From the NCBI GenBank assembly GCA_047495785.1, contig JBLDXI010000004.1:124001-188000 (forward strand): a DNA stretch of 64,000 nt, written 5' to 3'. Made by a program: the position numbers and the translations under genes. Positions 1-13,185 of this stretch are shown here, piece after piece. The notes below the pieces were generated by a model. It saw only the letters and a list, made by a program, of their open reading frames with translations, had not been told where the DNA came from and did not search any database. This DNA is from Lepidodermella squamata. Taxonomy: Eukaryota > Animalia > Gastrotricha. Every line of letters starts with the position of its first letter. Position 1 is the first letter of the stretch.

Positions 1-181
1 TAATTTTTTCAAATGTTAAATCGACTTTTGGGAATTGAGGAAAGTTCAAATTTCCTAAATCTGTGGAATTAAATTATACAATCTAAATTTCAAAAATTGG
101 AATTTTCAAGACTTTGAATCGAATTGAAGTCAAAATAGGAGGAAATTTGTAGAAAATTGAATGGAATATTGTATCCATTAG

Positions 182-788
182 GAAAGCTGGTATTAAGCAC
201 GTTATCTGGTCGACCCTAGATGATACCTCCAAATTTATCCCACTGAGCGATGACCGCATGCCAACGCTGTTCGGAAAGTACAAGGTGCCTCATTTCGAGA
301 CGAAAGCCTCCTGCGACCACCTCTTCGCGGACCAGCCTGTGACCTACATGATGACGCCGTTTTTCTGGGACAACTTCTACAACGGCAACGTCCCAATCCA
401 CCGCGGCCCGGATTGCAAACTGTCGACTTCAATACCCGGAGGGCAGATCACCATGCCTGGGTTAGCCGTCGACGATATCGGCCGATGTGCCTGGATCGGC
501 AAGAGAATCGCGATTTCCAGTGAATTTTTGACATTTCCGGAGTACCTTGAAAAAGTTTCGAAAAATGTCGGGGAAGAAGTCGCCTATCGCCCTGTTCCGT
601 TTGATGTTTTCCGAAAATTCCCATTCCCTGGCGCGGCTGATCTCGGGAATATGTTCCAGGTCTGGCATGATTTTCCGGATAAAGTTGGGTCGATTCGAGA
701 CCCGGAAGGGTCGAAAAAACTAAACCCCAGAATGATGAATTTCGATCAATTTCTGGAGAAATACGGCAAGCTGATCAAAATTAATTGA
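182..788 (+). CDS. NmrA-like (NmrA/HSCARG, atypical SDR) protein, terminal exon
   Basis: Acceptor AG at 180-181. The frame reads KAGIKHVIWSTLDDTSKFIPLSDDRMPTLFGKYKVPHFETKA...FFWDNF...AVDDIG...FPFPGAADLGNMFQ, which are NmrA-family motifs. Stop at 788, AATAAA near 966. Upstream exons lie outside the window. Confidence 0.85.
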
Positions 789-1295
789 TAAACGAAAAAT
801 CAGCCCATGTGACATTCAGAAAAGTTCTTGATTTTTTTCTAATATTAATAGCTCAAGTAGATTACATTTTAGCGCAGCCTGTAAATTTTCGGAATGTTTC
901 CTAATTTTTCAAATTTTCATTTAAAGTCGAATGAGCAATCGAATATGTTCTGCCGATAAAGCAATCAATAAAACATGACTGATACCTAACATCAAACTAG
1001 TATTTTTCCAATATGAGAGGTTATCCGCACCTCTGAGTTTGTCCTACTTTCTATTCTGTTGGACTTTGATAACTCGAATCAATTATCGATCTCAACAAGT
1101 GACTGTTTCTGGGAGCGTGACCAACATCGAAAAATAGCACGAGCCTTGAGGTGTTGCTATTTTCAGATTTTCGAAAAACAAGCTAGAAAAAGCCACGTGC
1201 TGGTGTTTTTTCTGAATTGCTCATCTCGAATTTATTGTTTTGAATTATATTATACATTCATTTTAAATTCTCAATTTTTCTCATTTGAAAGCAAA

Positions 1296-4200
1296 ATGCG
1301 GCAATTATTTGTAACAATGATGTTTTGCTTGGCGGCCGTTAAAGTGGCGCTTGGCGGCGAGTGGGCTCGCTGCGTCTCGCAATTCGATGACAAATTCGCT
1401 GATTGCCGCGAACTGCCGACCGGCTGCCAGCTATTGAGCGAATATCAAGTTAGTTCCAGCCTAATTGAAAGCCTATTTGACTTCCTTTATTATCGCGAAG
1501 GTTGGAAGCAGCATTTCTGATCAAACCAGTTGTCTAAGAGCGGTTTGATGTTTTATTAATTTCAGCTTTTATTCAGCCATCTTCAGGGTCTGACAACAAG
1601 TAAGGAAATCAACAATCAAGTTTCGAGACTAATATTAAAACAAGTTTACCAATTTTGTCACCAATCGTTTTTTCGTGTAATTATCAAAAATTAATCAAAA
1701 GAATCAAAAACAGAAATCATGATCTATTAAAATAAATAAATTGTATGAGTAATTATTTGGATTATTTGGATTAGGCGACTGGTTTTTCATTTTTGAGTCA
1801 TAATTATGATATCGCTTTTCCATCAAATCCTACGACTAAAAATTTTATTAATTTGTTCCAATTTTCCATGTTTTTTTTAATAGACTGCGAGAATGTGCTA
1901 CAGATACGATACTTTCATAGCAACATGTCGGCCAGGAATACCGGGATGCGGCAAAACCACCGAAGTCATGGTGAGTTCCTCATGTTCGAAATTGAAAACA
2001 AATCCGCTTGTTCCAAATTTTGTACCTATAAGTCTTGGTTAATCGTGTATAATCGCGTTTTTGTTTATATTTTGACAAATTCAAGGTCAGCGGATCTTAC
2101 AACGGTGCATTGCCGTTCAGAACAAATCAAGCGGCTTGTGTCAACGACTTCAGCTCGTTCGCGGTTGAAAAATCTCTGCTTTCATAAGCGAATGTAAACG
2201 ATTTCTATTCACAGAATCGAAAATTCGACTCGTGCGTTGATCAACAGATCGTCACTTGTGTGCCTAGCGAAATTTCTTGCCCTAGCGGGGTGAGTGACGA
2301 AATTTTTCGAAATTTTATCTCATTTCTCGAATAATTTAGGGGAAAAACGCTACTGGATTCCCGAGCTTGGACGCATGCTTGAAGTCATTCACCAGTACGG
2401 CAATTTTGTTTACCAAATTATTCCAATTTATCATCGAAAAATCAAACTTATTGAGCATAATTTAAGCCATAGATACATATACAACTCAACCCTCGATATA
2501 ATGCTTCTGATATCTATTTCCTAGACCAAGTCGCTGACTCTGTTAAGCCACACATCCGCTGCTTCAACGCTGTCACTCGGGAATTCACTGCCTGCCGATT
2601 GAGCACCACGCGCTGCATCGCCAATGAAACCGGAGATTTTTCCAGTGGCGTCTACCGCAACAAAGCCAACTGCTTGTCATGGGTATGTTTATATTTTTGA
2701 CATTTTTCATTCGAATATCAAAGCCTGCCTAAAGTAACCTTAATACATCATAGATTTTAAATTTTTCGATCTAAAGATGACTTTTTTCGCAGTATGCTTC
2801 TCAATGCGATACGCCAAGCGGCAAGAAGTGCTACAACACTTGTCCGGCCGGTTCAACTACGGTGAGTAGCAAATTCAGCCTTGTGTTATCCGTTTCTATT
2901 GAATTTATGACAAAGGTTAAAACGTACTCGAACTCGAAGAAATTCTCCGATAACTACGCAACTTGTTTGAACGACTTGAAATCAGCTGTGTCAAACAAGT
3001 CCTACTTTATGTCCTCGTCAGCAGCAGGTGGTTTCAAAGCTCAAAAGCGGCAATGCAGGAGTGATGGTGGCCGTCTGGCTACGATGTCAACGCTAGCTGA
3101 TCTCGCAGCGGCTACGCAAGTCGTGAATGCCACGGCCTTTGTCTTCGTCGGATTGCTTGCTGATTTCACGTGGGAAGATGGCAGCCGTGTCGAATTCGGC
3201 TCATTTTGGGCCGATGGCCCGCAAAGCGCAGGTCCATGTAAGTCACTGTCCACATAACCCATAACCTCAATATTTGGTTTTATAGCCGGGAGCCGGGATT
3301 AAAAAGTTCCAAATTCAAGAATGAAACATTGCTGTACCCTCCCTGAACGAGTTGTTCAACAGCATTGATCCGACTCGGCCCAGTACTCAGGGGGTTAAAG
3401 GTTAAATTGACCAATTTGAGCCGGAAATTTGCATATCATAAGAGGGCAGCCTTGACTATTATTTACTGTGGACTATTATTTACTATTTGGGCTCAGCTAG
3501 TAATTTTCCGTCTGGAATGGGATATGGAAAATGGGGTATCTGAATTCATTCTTTCGGTGGAAAAATTCGGGTGCTTTTTTTCGCTGCAAATGAATTTAAA
3601 TACATTTGGAATTAGATTGCTCCCAGGGCCTTATTTGAATTTGGCCTTATTGTGAGACCCCAGGCCCCCGGGGTCTCACAGGGTAAAAGGCCGATTTCCA
3701 TCACTCCTATTAGGGTGATGTTTTCCGGGGCAGCGATGTTGCATTAACGTTCCTGTGAAATCTTATTTCATTCAATTTACAAGTACTAAGTACAAGTTCC
3801 ATCCGGGTTTTTTGTGGCTATGAAGATAGGACTCTACAGTACCCCCGTAATCCCTGTACATCGCATGCTGATGCAGTCTTATATATTTTATATTTGTATG
3901 ATATAACATGAGTAGGAATCTATATTTGAGTGAAGCACGAAATATAGATCGAGTAAAACGAATGAAACCAGTGAAATCGAGGCGGAACGAGCCGGCAGGC
4001 GAGTGGAGACGAGATTTCACGAGGTGAATGAGTTTTACGAGATCTATACGAGCGCTTCACGAAAATATAGATTTCTACGAATGTTGTATCGTAAAATATT
4101 ACACTGTGTCTATATTTTTCGCACCGCAAAATAATAAAAAATAAAAAATCCATTTTAAAATTTCATCGAAAAATGGCTTTCTATTCATTCTCGCTCATTT

Positions 4201-5960
4201 TTCTCATTCGTTCGAATTTCGTCTCGTTTTGAAAGTCGATTTTCTATCTGACCGGAATTCTGCTCGAATTTCACGAACAAATGCTCCCAGAGTTCTGCTC
4301 CAATTGGCAAAGCTGCTGCAATTGAAGCCGAATGGTTCGATAACCCATCAACTCTGAAACCCGGTTCCTTCGAAATTAATAACGTTCCATGCGCCTTTAC
4401 AATCCGAAGAAACTGGTTCGATTTGAACGACACGTTTGGTTTCGATGAAAGAAGGTCGACAGCAGTTCGTCGGAATTTCATCTCCGGTTGAAAATGGCTC
4501 AGTTTCGGACTAGCGCGTCGCAACGGTATTTGGTACGTCGATGTTTTCAACGTGATCGAACCGGAACTGTCGCTGGCAGAGTGCTCCAAGTTCAATCAAG
4601 TTTCAACGTGGTGATTTCTGCGAATTGGGGTCAAAATGCTGTCCGATTTTCTGGATTTTCTGCTCAGTGTTCCGGGCGCGTTTTATCGATCTATGGAGGC
4701 GACTTGCCGACCGTACTTGACCGTACCGTAATCGCTGCGAATTCATGCACAGCGGGGACGAAATGCTGCCCGATTTTCCGGAGTTTGCTGAGAAATTCTG
4801 GTTCCTACGGCCAATTTTTGCAGCCCGCCTGCCAAGCTGTCCCCGTCTAAATAATTCTCAAAATTGAATTTCTCCATGTTCTTTCATACTAAATTGCGTT
4901 GCGAAAACTATATCCCTGTGTTTTTCCGTTAGAATTAGCTGTTTCAAGACCTCAGAAGTATTGGGCTTGGAAATGGGCATCCATATTCAAAATATAGATT
5001 TTCCGGGTCAAAAATATAGATACACCTGAATCTATAAGTATTTCAGATATAGATCAGAAATATAGTTCATATTCAAATCTATATTTGAAATATGAAAAAA
5101 TATAGATTTGTCTTTCAAGGTTAAATATATAGACACAGTGTTATATTTGTATGGTATGACATGAGTAAAACGTTTATAACTGTACAGAGCCGCCCGAGAT
5201 TTACGAGTTCAGATATGAACGATTTACGAATGTTATACCGTAAAATATCGAATTGTCAAAGCTACTCGACCTATTCATTCGAATTTCTGGGGACAATTCT
5301 ATATTTTATGATATTTGCATGTAAATCTTTAATATTGTTCCTGTTATTCTTTCTGATTCTAAGGTGCCTCGATGTTCAAGCCTCCTGTGATAATTGATTT
5401 TAATTGCAATTCCGTTGCGTTCGCTCTCTGTGGAAATGTAAGTATAAGTATATGCTAGAATCCGATCGAAGGGTGCAACATATTTTCACTGGAACCTTTC
5501 CGCTTATTTGCGCTCTGCCTATACCTCAATACAATGTTTTCGTATGCATTTTTACAATAGACATCAACCAGCATCGAAAGAATCAGCACGAGCGTGAAGC
5601 GAGACGAACAGGTAATTAATTGCGCAAAGGTCGGTAAAACGCTGGCCACGATCAAAGATGAGGCGACATTCGACGCTGCCTCGACGGCTATGACTAATTT
5701 GCCGCATTACATCGGGGCGAAACGGCGCGACCTGGATACCTACTTTTGGATAACAGGCGAGCCATTCAACAGGGCACTGTTTAATTTAACTGGCACTCCA
5801 GCCGATTCCGAGCACTGTGAGTGGCACATTGTCCAAAGCTTAAGTATATGAGAAATGTTAATTGATAATCCGTATAGGTGTTGTTCTTTACAATGGTGCT
5901 CTTCAGCGATCTAGATGCTCAATGCCAGGTGGATATGCCGCCCTGTGCGAGCATTTATAA
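1296..5960 (+). CDS. Gene A: secreted Cys-rich repeat protein with two tandem C-type lectin domains (multi-exon)
   Basis: Signal peptide MRQLFVTMMFCLAAVKVALG. Phase-consistent GT-AG exons at about 1296-1448, 1501-1542, 1884-1970, 2086-2163, 2215-2289, 2340-2394, 2525-2682, 2793-2861, 2916-3237, 5364-5437, 5561-5816 and 5879-5960. CTLD hallmarks: CRSDGGRLAT...FVGL...FTWEDGS...C...ALC and CAKVGKTLATI...YIGA...YFWITGE...CVVL...ALCE*. Confidence 0.8.
4102..5140. mobile_element. Non-autonomous DNA transposon, CACTG termini, 3-bp TTA TSD (Chapaev3/CMC-like), inside an intron of gene A
   Basis: 14-bp perfect TIR cactgtgtctatat (4102) / atatagacacagtg (5140), flanked by tta on both sides (4099-4101, 5141-5143). 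Confidence 0.65.
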
Positions 5961-6629
5961 ACCTGACAGCCAAAGTTATTTTCGAAGCAACTTCGTGAAA
6001 CCTGGATGCACTTCTATCAAAAGCCTCCACAGATTGAACTAAGACAAGCTGATGGCTTATTTATCATGAATAAAACAACTCACCACTTCTGACACCACTT
6101 CTTGTTTAATAAAATCATGACTCACTGATAGGGCATACACACACAAGCAAATTAGAGTTGCCTGAGCTCAAATCAAGGCGGGTGAAAAGATCATTCAAAG
6201 CGTTGTGCAATCTGGAGGAAAAAACAAATGATTAATCGTCCAAAATAAGCGATTTCTAACGGGAGGAAGATTCATTGTTACAGGTTTCGAGCTTATTCAG
6301 CCACATTTAACATAGCAGCTTTTGTGGCGAAGTTCATCATCAACCAATGCTTTCTATAAACAAAAGCAATTATAATAGATATTCCTTTTTCAATTATTTG
6401 GATTCACTTCGTTTGCGAAACAGCCAGTCAAAATCTTTGCGTCGACAGCCGGAGAATACCGTGAACACGCCGCGGTAAGACTCGCTGTAGCATGCTATAT
6501 TAATCTGCCAATTTTCCGTTACATTTGCCCAGTTGAAACGTAGAATGTAACCTTACCATTTCGTATTCATGTTGACTGGTGAGACAATTGCGATAGCGAA
6601 ATATACGATTTTTTCCGCACTTACTGCCG

Positions 6630-6730
6630 GATAGTGCCGAATTAGTGCCAAATCAGTGCCAAATCAGTGCCAAAAAGGTGCTGAATCAGTGCCAAATTGG
6701 TACCAAGTCAGTGCCGAATCGGTGCCGAAT
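6630..6730. repeat. Degenerate 11-bp minisatellite (gtgccaaatca / gtgccgaatc)
   Basis: About 9 adjacent units are visible. The related gtgccgaa motif recurs at 7750-8010. Confidence 0.8.
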
Positions 6731-7122
6731 GAGAAACAAGACATTTTTAATTGAAATTGACTCTAATTGAGGCGATATTTTTATTCGAACATTTAAGAGA
6801 ACACAGAACCACGAAATGGATGAGAAGAGCCCGAAATTACTGATGAATCATCGGGGATGATTGCTGTTTGGGGTACTTCCAAAAATAACCGGCGCCTCAT
6901 TATTAATCATTTTCCTGCGACTAAATATACAAATATTTTGTGAAAAATATTAATTTAAAAAAATGAATATTGTAATATCTATTTAAAAATTATTTAAAAA
7001 AAAATATTTTTTCTCGAGGTCAGGCGCGAAAATTAATTGCCACGCCGGCAGAGTTGCCAGTGCAGGTTAAGCGGCTTTTCCAAACTTTGCCATCGGCTAT
7101 CAGTTTCGTTGAGCAGTAAGTG

Positions 7123-7580
7123 GATGTCTAAATCGAATGTCTCCAACGCAGAATCACGCGCTGAACAAGAATATGTGGTTAGTTTTTTGATTGCAAACGA
7201 CTTGAGAGATTGGCGAAGCTGGAACCGCCAAAATTCAGGTTTTTTTTGGTTGCCCCCAAAGTTTGAGATCACTCAGATCTTCTGTTTTGTTGTCAGTAGA
7301 TGTCTAAATCGAATGTCTCCAACGCAGAATCACGCGCTGAACAAGAATATGTGGTTAGTTTTTTGATTGCAAACGACTTGAGAGATTGGCGAAGCTGGAA
7401 CCGCCAAAATTCAGGTTTTTTTTGGTTGCCCCCAAAGTTTGAGATCACTCAGATCTTCTGTTTTGTTGTCAGTAGATGTCTAAATCGAATGTCTCCAACG
7501 CAGAATCACGCGCTGAACAAGAATATGTGGTTAGTTTTTTGATTGCAGACGACTTGAGAGATTGGCGAGGCTGGAACCGC
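7123..7580. repeat. 176-bp tandem repeat, about 2.6 near-identical copies
   Basis: gatgtctaaatcgaatgtctccaacgcag... starts at about 7123, 7299 and 7475. Confidence 0.95.
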
Positions 7581-8977
7581 TAGAACCGCAGTATGCAAAG
7601 CATGAGTTGATTGCGCCACTAAACAATATGACGACAATATGATGTTTTTGCTCGATATATGTTCAAAATACATGTTTTTGAAGCATTTTTTGCAAAATAA
7701 AATGGTTTTATGTCACTCTCATGAATGTAAAAAATAGCTTTTCGGGCGGAACTCCGTGCCGAACGTGCGGAAGGGCCTTGCCGAACGTACGGAAAGGTCT
7801 AGCCGTACGTGCGGATTGAGGGTGCCGAATGCCTCGAAAATTGTGCCGAAAGTGCGGAATTGATGTGCCGAAAGGGCGGAACAAGTTTGCCGAACGTCGT
7901 GCGGAATCGTTGCGAAATCGGTGCAGAACGGGTGTCAGAAGTGCCCAATAAATATGCCGAAAATCGGTGCAGAATGGTGCCGAATTTGGTGCCGGAAAAT
8001 CCGAAATGCCGCTATAGATCAGTTGGTCCAAACAAAGCTATGAGTTTGAGGTGAGTTGAATTAAAAAAAAATAACCGAGAGATCTTGAAAACGTCACGTT
8101 GCGTTTGAAAGGGGCCGCTATCGAAATGATTAAATGACTTTCAAATAATAATAATAATAATAAAAACTTAGCGGCCCCTCAGATACGGCACACATGGCAG
8201 ATACAGGGCTGCAAAACCTGCGAAATTTCCCGCTAGCTTCGACCCATTTCAGCACATTATTTTGCAATTTACTGTCATTTGTCGAACATTTCCCGCGCCA
8301 TTTTTGCATGTTTTGCAGGCATGTTAGATAGTAGTCGCGTTTTACTCTGTCAGCATCTTTAAACTGCGTTGCTGATTATTAAAAAAGGCGATTTTAATTA
8401 GACAATCGGACAAATAAAATCAAATTTTACTGGAATATTTAATCATCGACCAAAAGAGAGACCGCTATGTAGATTTCCTTCATCCTTACAATACATGGCA
8501 GCTATTAAGGACAAAAATTATCAGCCCTAGAAAATCAAGAAAAATTGCTACAAATCGTCATGGACACGAGAAATAGTGTAAAGTCCAATTTTTCACGAAA
8601 ATGAGTTATTGAGAGCTAATTAGTATATTCGATACGCCCGATCTCGTGGTGAAATCCGTTTTTTAAGATTCGTTCTAGAACATGGTGTATAAAGTCCCAC
8701 CGGCAAATTTACTTTGATCTTTCATTGTCCTCTAATTCAATTAGCGCTCGCACACGTTGCATAATGAGCACAAGCTGTTGCATGAAACAATGAAAAATGT
8801 TTTATTTTCATTTTTTCGCTGTCTAAAGTTTACTAAAATGTGTTGCCCTCGCTTTCAGGTGAAATATTTATGAATTAATAATAATATATAATATACGGAA
8901 GACAAGAAGGGTATATGGGTTTATAATCGCCTGGTGATTTGAAACCCATATAACCTGAATGGCTTCCGTATATGTGT

Positions 8978-9933
8978 GTTATCCGGGTCGTATCGTAAAA
9001 TTTTCAGGGTTACTATCATTGTATGGTACGCTCTCGCTGAATTTATATTGATTTGATTTGAAATTAAAAGATCCAACTTAAAAAAATCATGAAATTTGTT
9101 TCTTGCTCATTTTTTTCTCGCATTCTTCATTTTGCGAGTTTTTGGTTCGGTTTTCACATCGAATTTCCCGCATTTCTGGCACGCCAAACAAATTGCTGGT
9201 GCTGAATCTTGTAATCGGGCTCTCGCACCGAGATTCTGCTCGATTGGCTTCGGATGGCTATCAATGCGATCACTCGGTTTGCGGAGCTGCTTCTAAATCG
9301 ACGAAGAACACGATCGACGAAATCTTGAACGAATAGCCGCAATGTGTCAGGGTTTCAGCAAACGCGCAACAAGAACTGCTCAAATTCGTCTACTTCGCTC
9401 GATCTTCTAGCTTTCACTGTCACAAGCGATGCCGTGCTGCGATTTCTGGAATCCAATGCTGCCCGAGCTCTCTCTGATTTAACGGAAAGCTGGCCGATTG
9501 TTTCTTGATTTCCGCGACATGCTGGACCAATTCTGCCCAAATTTCGCCAATTACTGCCCGAATTCCGCCATTTTCTGGACGAGTTCTGCCCGATTTTCCC
9601 GAGCTCTTGGCTAAGTGCTGTTCGATTGGGGTGAATGCTGCCCGATTCGATACCTGGCGTGTGCAATTTCTCCCAAAATTATGCCAAATTTCTCGTGATT
9701 CTTAATAAAATCGTTTTCGAGTGTTGCTTGAACTTTTTTGGGTTTCTCTTGTGTGTTTGACAAGTGGGGTTTTTCGTGATATTTTCTGGACAAGCGGGCA
9801 TTTTTTGATATTTTTATATCAAAAAATCCCTGCCTGTTTGGAAAATATCAAAAAATCCCTGCTTGGAAGAAGGTTTTATGAGTTTATAATTCGGCCATTA
9901 AGAAGGCATATTTTACGATACGATCCGGATAAC
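8978..9933. mobile_element. TIR-bounded non-autonomous element (~950 bp)
   Basis: 24-bp inverted repeat with 1 mismatch: gttatccgggtcgtatcgtaaaat (8978-9001) / attttacgatacgatccggataac (9910-9933). No clear TSD. Confidence 0.65.
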
Positions 9934-10270
9934 CTATAATGACCGCCGTAAAAAGTTAGCCTAAAGGATGACCGGAGTGCCCATCAAAAATTCCCAATCG
10001 ACTTGTAGATAACGTTTTGTTGTTTTTCTCCAAAAGTGGTTTTGTGAACTTTAGACATTTTCTCGCGCGCATGACGAAATGTGAAAATTTCAGGCCACGA
10101 GGGCAGACCCAGTTTCCACGTCTGAGCAAAATATCGTCATTTCCTCCCTCCCGGTGTAGGACGCCATTCACCGGCAATCAAGATATGGCTACTCAGCACG
10201 CAAAGCCTGGGAACTATGGTTCGACCATCAACCATGGGAATAGTTTACTCATAAGCATTGTGATGATGTC

Positions 10271-10426
10271 CAGTGTAGAAAGTACGGTTCGGATGCGTTC
10301 GGATCATCCGAACCTAAAATTTGGGAAAATGAAATTTTTGTGCCGAAGTGTAAGGGTCCCCCCTGTGGATTTGTCACCCAAGGCGCCGAAATCCGTACCT
10401 TTGCCGTCTTCCTACTTTCTACACTG
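10271..10426. mobile_element. hAT-family MITE (156 bp)
   Basis: 14-bp TIR cagtgtagaaagta / tactttctacactg. Perfect 8-bp TSD atgatgtc (10263-10270, 10427-10434). The left ~50 bp match the end of the transposase-bearing element at 54312. Confidence 0.92.
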
Positions 10427-12247
10427 ATGATGTCTGATACCAAATGCTAAATGTCGAAAGGCAACTTGCATAAATAAAGAGTATGAGTATGCTTCGGCAA
10501 CAACTTTATTACTTCGAAAATAACCAGAATAGTTGAAATGATACAATCAAGACCTTTAAAAGGACCGAATGATGACGTATCAACAACAATAATCAAGGCA
10601 TAATCACAGTACAAAACCATCAAAACCATCAAAACCAAATTGGAAACAATGCTTTATTTGGTCTACAAAATTAACTAGCACGGGCAAGCGAATCGCCTTG
10701 TTCAAGGGGGGGGCGCAGGGTCGCCGACGAGGTAGTAATTTGCGAGGTCGTAATTGTGTGGCAGATACATTCGGTCTTGGAAGAAAAATTGAAATAAACA
10801 TAAAAAATTTCTAATTGAAAGATAAAAAAAATCAGATGTTAAAATATGGGTCCCCCACAAAGCAGCAGGCTTCAAAGTAGGATAAACCCAAAAAGCGGTG
10901 CAAACGCCACTCGAATTAATTACCATAAAATTCTGCGTAATTTTCTGAATATGGGCCCCTCATAACTTCAAGAGCCCGGCTTATGAATTTTGGAGAAATG
11001 ACTTTTTTGACCAAATTGAGGTCTGAGCTACTTTACGGAGTTTTCATGACTTACGTTCCTCAAATTTTGGTGTCGAAAGCTAGAATAGCTGACCATCATG
11101 TTGGTCCATTGGTTGAAATTCAGAGGCTAAGCCTGAGCGCCTACTGGGAGGACTGCTTAGGGCGTTTACCCTGCTTTGAAGCCTGCTGCTTCGTGGAGGA
11201 CCCTAACATATTTTTAAATTTTTTAAATTTCAAAATATAATTTTATACAATTTAAATTTAAATTCTCTACAAAAAATGAAAAATATCAGGGAATAAATAT
11301 TAGAATTTTTCAAATTTGAAAAAATAATCTACACAATTAAAACTGAAAATTCAAAAATTCAAAATAATAATAATAATTCCGCCTTGGGATACCTTGGGAA
11401 TAGACGTATTGGCGTAATCCGGAAGTTTACTTCGAGACCAAACACCCCCATCGCTGAAACGTCCAGGGGCGCCAACGTCGACCAAGACGTATTTATAATT
11501 AGCGTCAACCGTCAACCACCGTCATTAACACAATCGAAAAGTTGTAATTGAAATATTGACGATTGACGACTAGTGATCGCCGTGGCGACCGATTGAGCAA
11601 CCTCGTCGAGCGTCGACAGGTGCGGGTTGCTGCTGCTTCCGCGAGCGCCACTTGAACGCGGCGTCGGCGCCGCCGGCATTGAAGATGAAGAGGCGGTGTC
11701 CGATGTAGACGATGACGACGATGAAGACGCGGAAGTCACTGGGGCCGTCTCGGTTGGTGTGGGCGTAGGACTTCTCGCCATCGACGTTGCTCGTGGACCC
11801 GTAGTCCTCATTCCTCATACGAGAAGTCGAGGAGCCAGGTCAGCTCGTCGAAATACGCCCATTTCTTCGTTTCATTCTTCGGGCTCTCCTTCATCACCTT
11901 TGATTCCACGCTTTGATTCTCAGACGGCGGGGCTTGGGCCTTTAAAGTTGAAATGTTCAAAAAAATCGGCAAAACCGCTTCCTTTAATTTTTCACGGCGG
12001 ATCCGAATCCGTTTTCAGAATTTCAGTAGCTGTCATACTTCCGGAAATGATTGAATGTTTTGAATTATTTTATTACTTTATTGCACCTTCATCATTTTGT
12101 CTTTCTGAATGAGAAAATAGTCGAGTAATACATCAAACTATGCAGTTTTTCACGCAGAATCACGTGGTGCATAAAATTCAACTAGTGATACGGTTAACGA
12201 GATGAAGCTTGGAGCAAAATACCCATTTTTACACTATCTGTATATAC

Positions 12248-12450
12248 CTGTTTAAACATGTGTTTAAACATGTGTTTAAACGTTTAAACAGATCCGAAAT
12301 TTGAAATATCTGTATAAACCCCAACCCTGATTTTGGAGGATTTGGTCAGGATTTTGGAGGATTTGGTTGAACATGTGTTTAAACGTTTAAACAGATCCGA
12401 AATTTGAAATATCTGTATAAACCCCAACCCTGATTTTGGAGGATTTGGTC
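12248..12450. repeat. Direct duplication (~80 bp) with palindromic tgtttaaaca units
   Basis: acatgtgtttaaacgtttaaacagatccgaaatttg...accccaaccctgattttggaggatttggtc occurs twice, about 100 bp apart. Confidence 0.85.
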
Positions 12451-13185
12451 CCAAAATTTAAAAAATGTGCTCTTTTCCGAAAATCGACTTCATTTTTTCC
12501 TTTTCGTAGCATTTTTTATGATATATCATGATCCTCCTGTTGAATGGACCATTTTTTATGCGGTTTTTTTAATCGATCGATTTATCGGAAGTCACTTTAA
12601 AATTAACCAAGTAACCACCACTTTTCCGATCCAGAAGTAGCGGCTCGCTTCTTCCAGTCACTGGATGCTAGACCACTCCACAGGTCCGGTGAATCGGCCG
12701 GCGAATCGCAATATTTAGGGTCCGCTTATCGCAATGGCTCACCGAGACATTCAATCTGAAGCGTGATGCCGGGTTAGAAGAACCGCCGGAGGACATCCAT
12801 CGAAAAATGATGTGCCCTTATGGCCTTTACCTTGGAGCAGAAGAGATGGATGATGCCACTGTTGTTTTCGGCGAATTTGGCTTTGGCATTTGCTCCGTCT
12901 TCTTCAAGAAGGAAGATCAACTCTGGGTCGGGTTAAGAATTTTGCAGGCCGATAAATTAACGCCTAACGGTCATCATTTCATCGTCACTCATACTGCTGC
13001 GAGTATGGTTTTCCGTCCCTTCGAGCTAGTCACCGCCCCATGTTGCGTGTTTCGAAGCAAGTCCAGTGATGACATCTTCATCTCGAAAATCACAGATCTA
13101 GCTGAGGTTGCCTCGTGAATAACACTGCTGCTCCATAACCACAGTTGAATGTCAAATATACGTGTCATTATATAGACGCCACATA

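Noticed and set aside
3651-3680. Perfect 11-bp hairpin as a terminator or Helitron end
   Set aside because: The locus is eukaryotic, with no U-tract and no correctly spaced CTRR end.
4185-4850. ORFs inside the gene A intron
   Set aside because: They lie within a TIR element, have no recognisable motifs, and the frames break.
5134-5140. CACAGTG as a V(D)J RSS heptamer
   Set aside because: It is the end of a 14-bp TIR, and there is no nonamer at 12/23 spacing.
7123-7580. CRISPR-like or coding repeat (ORFs 7037-7542)
   Set aside because: The units are contiguous with no unique spacers, 176 is not a multiple of 3, and the context is eukaryotic.
12720-13118. ORF resembling the C-terminal region of CACTA-type transposon proteins
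   Set aside because: The resemblance is only impressionistic and no catalytic motifs are present.
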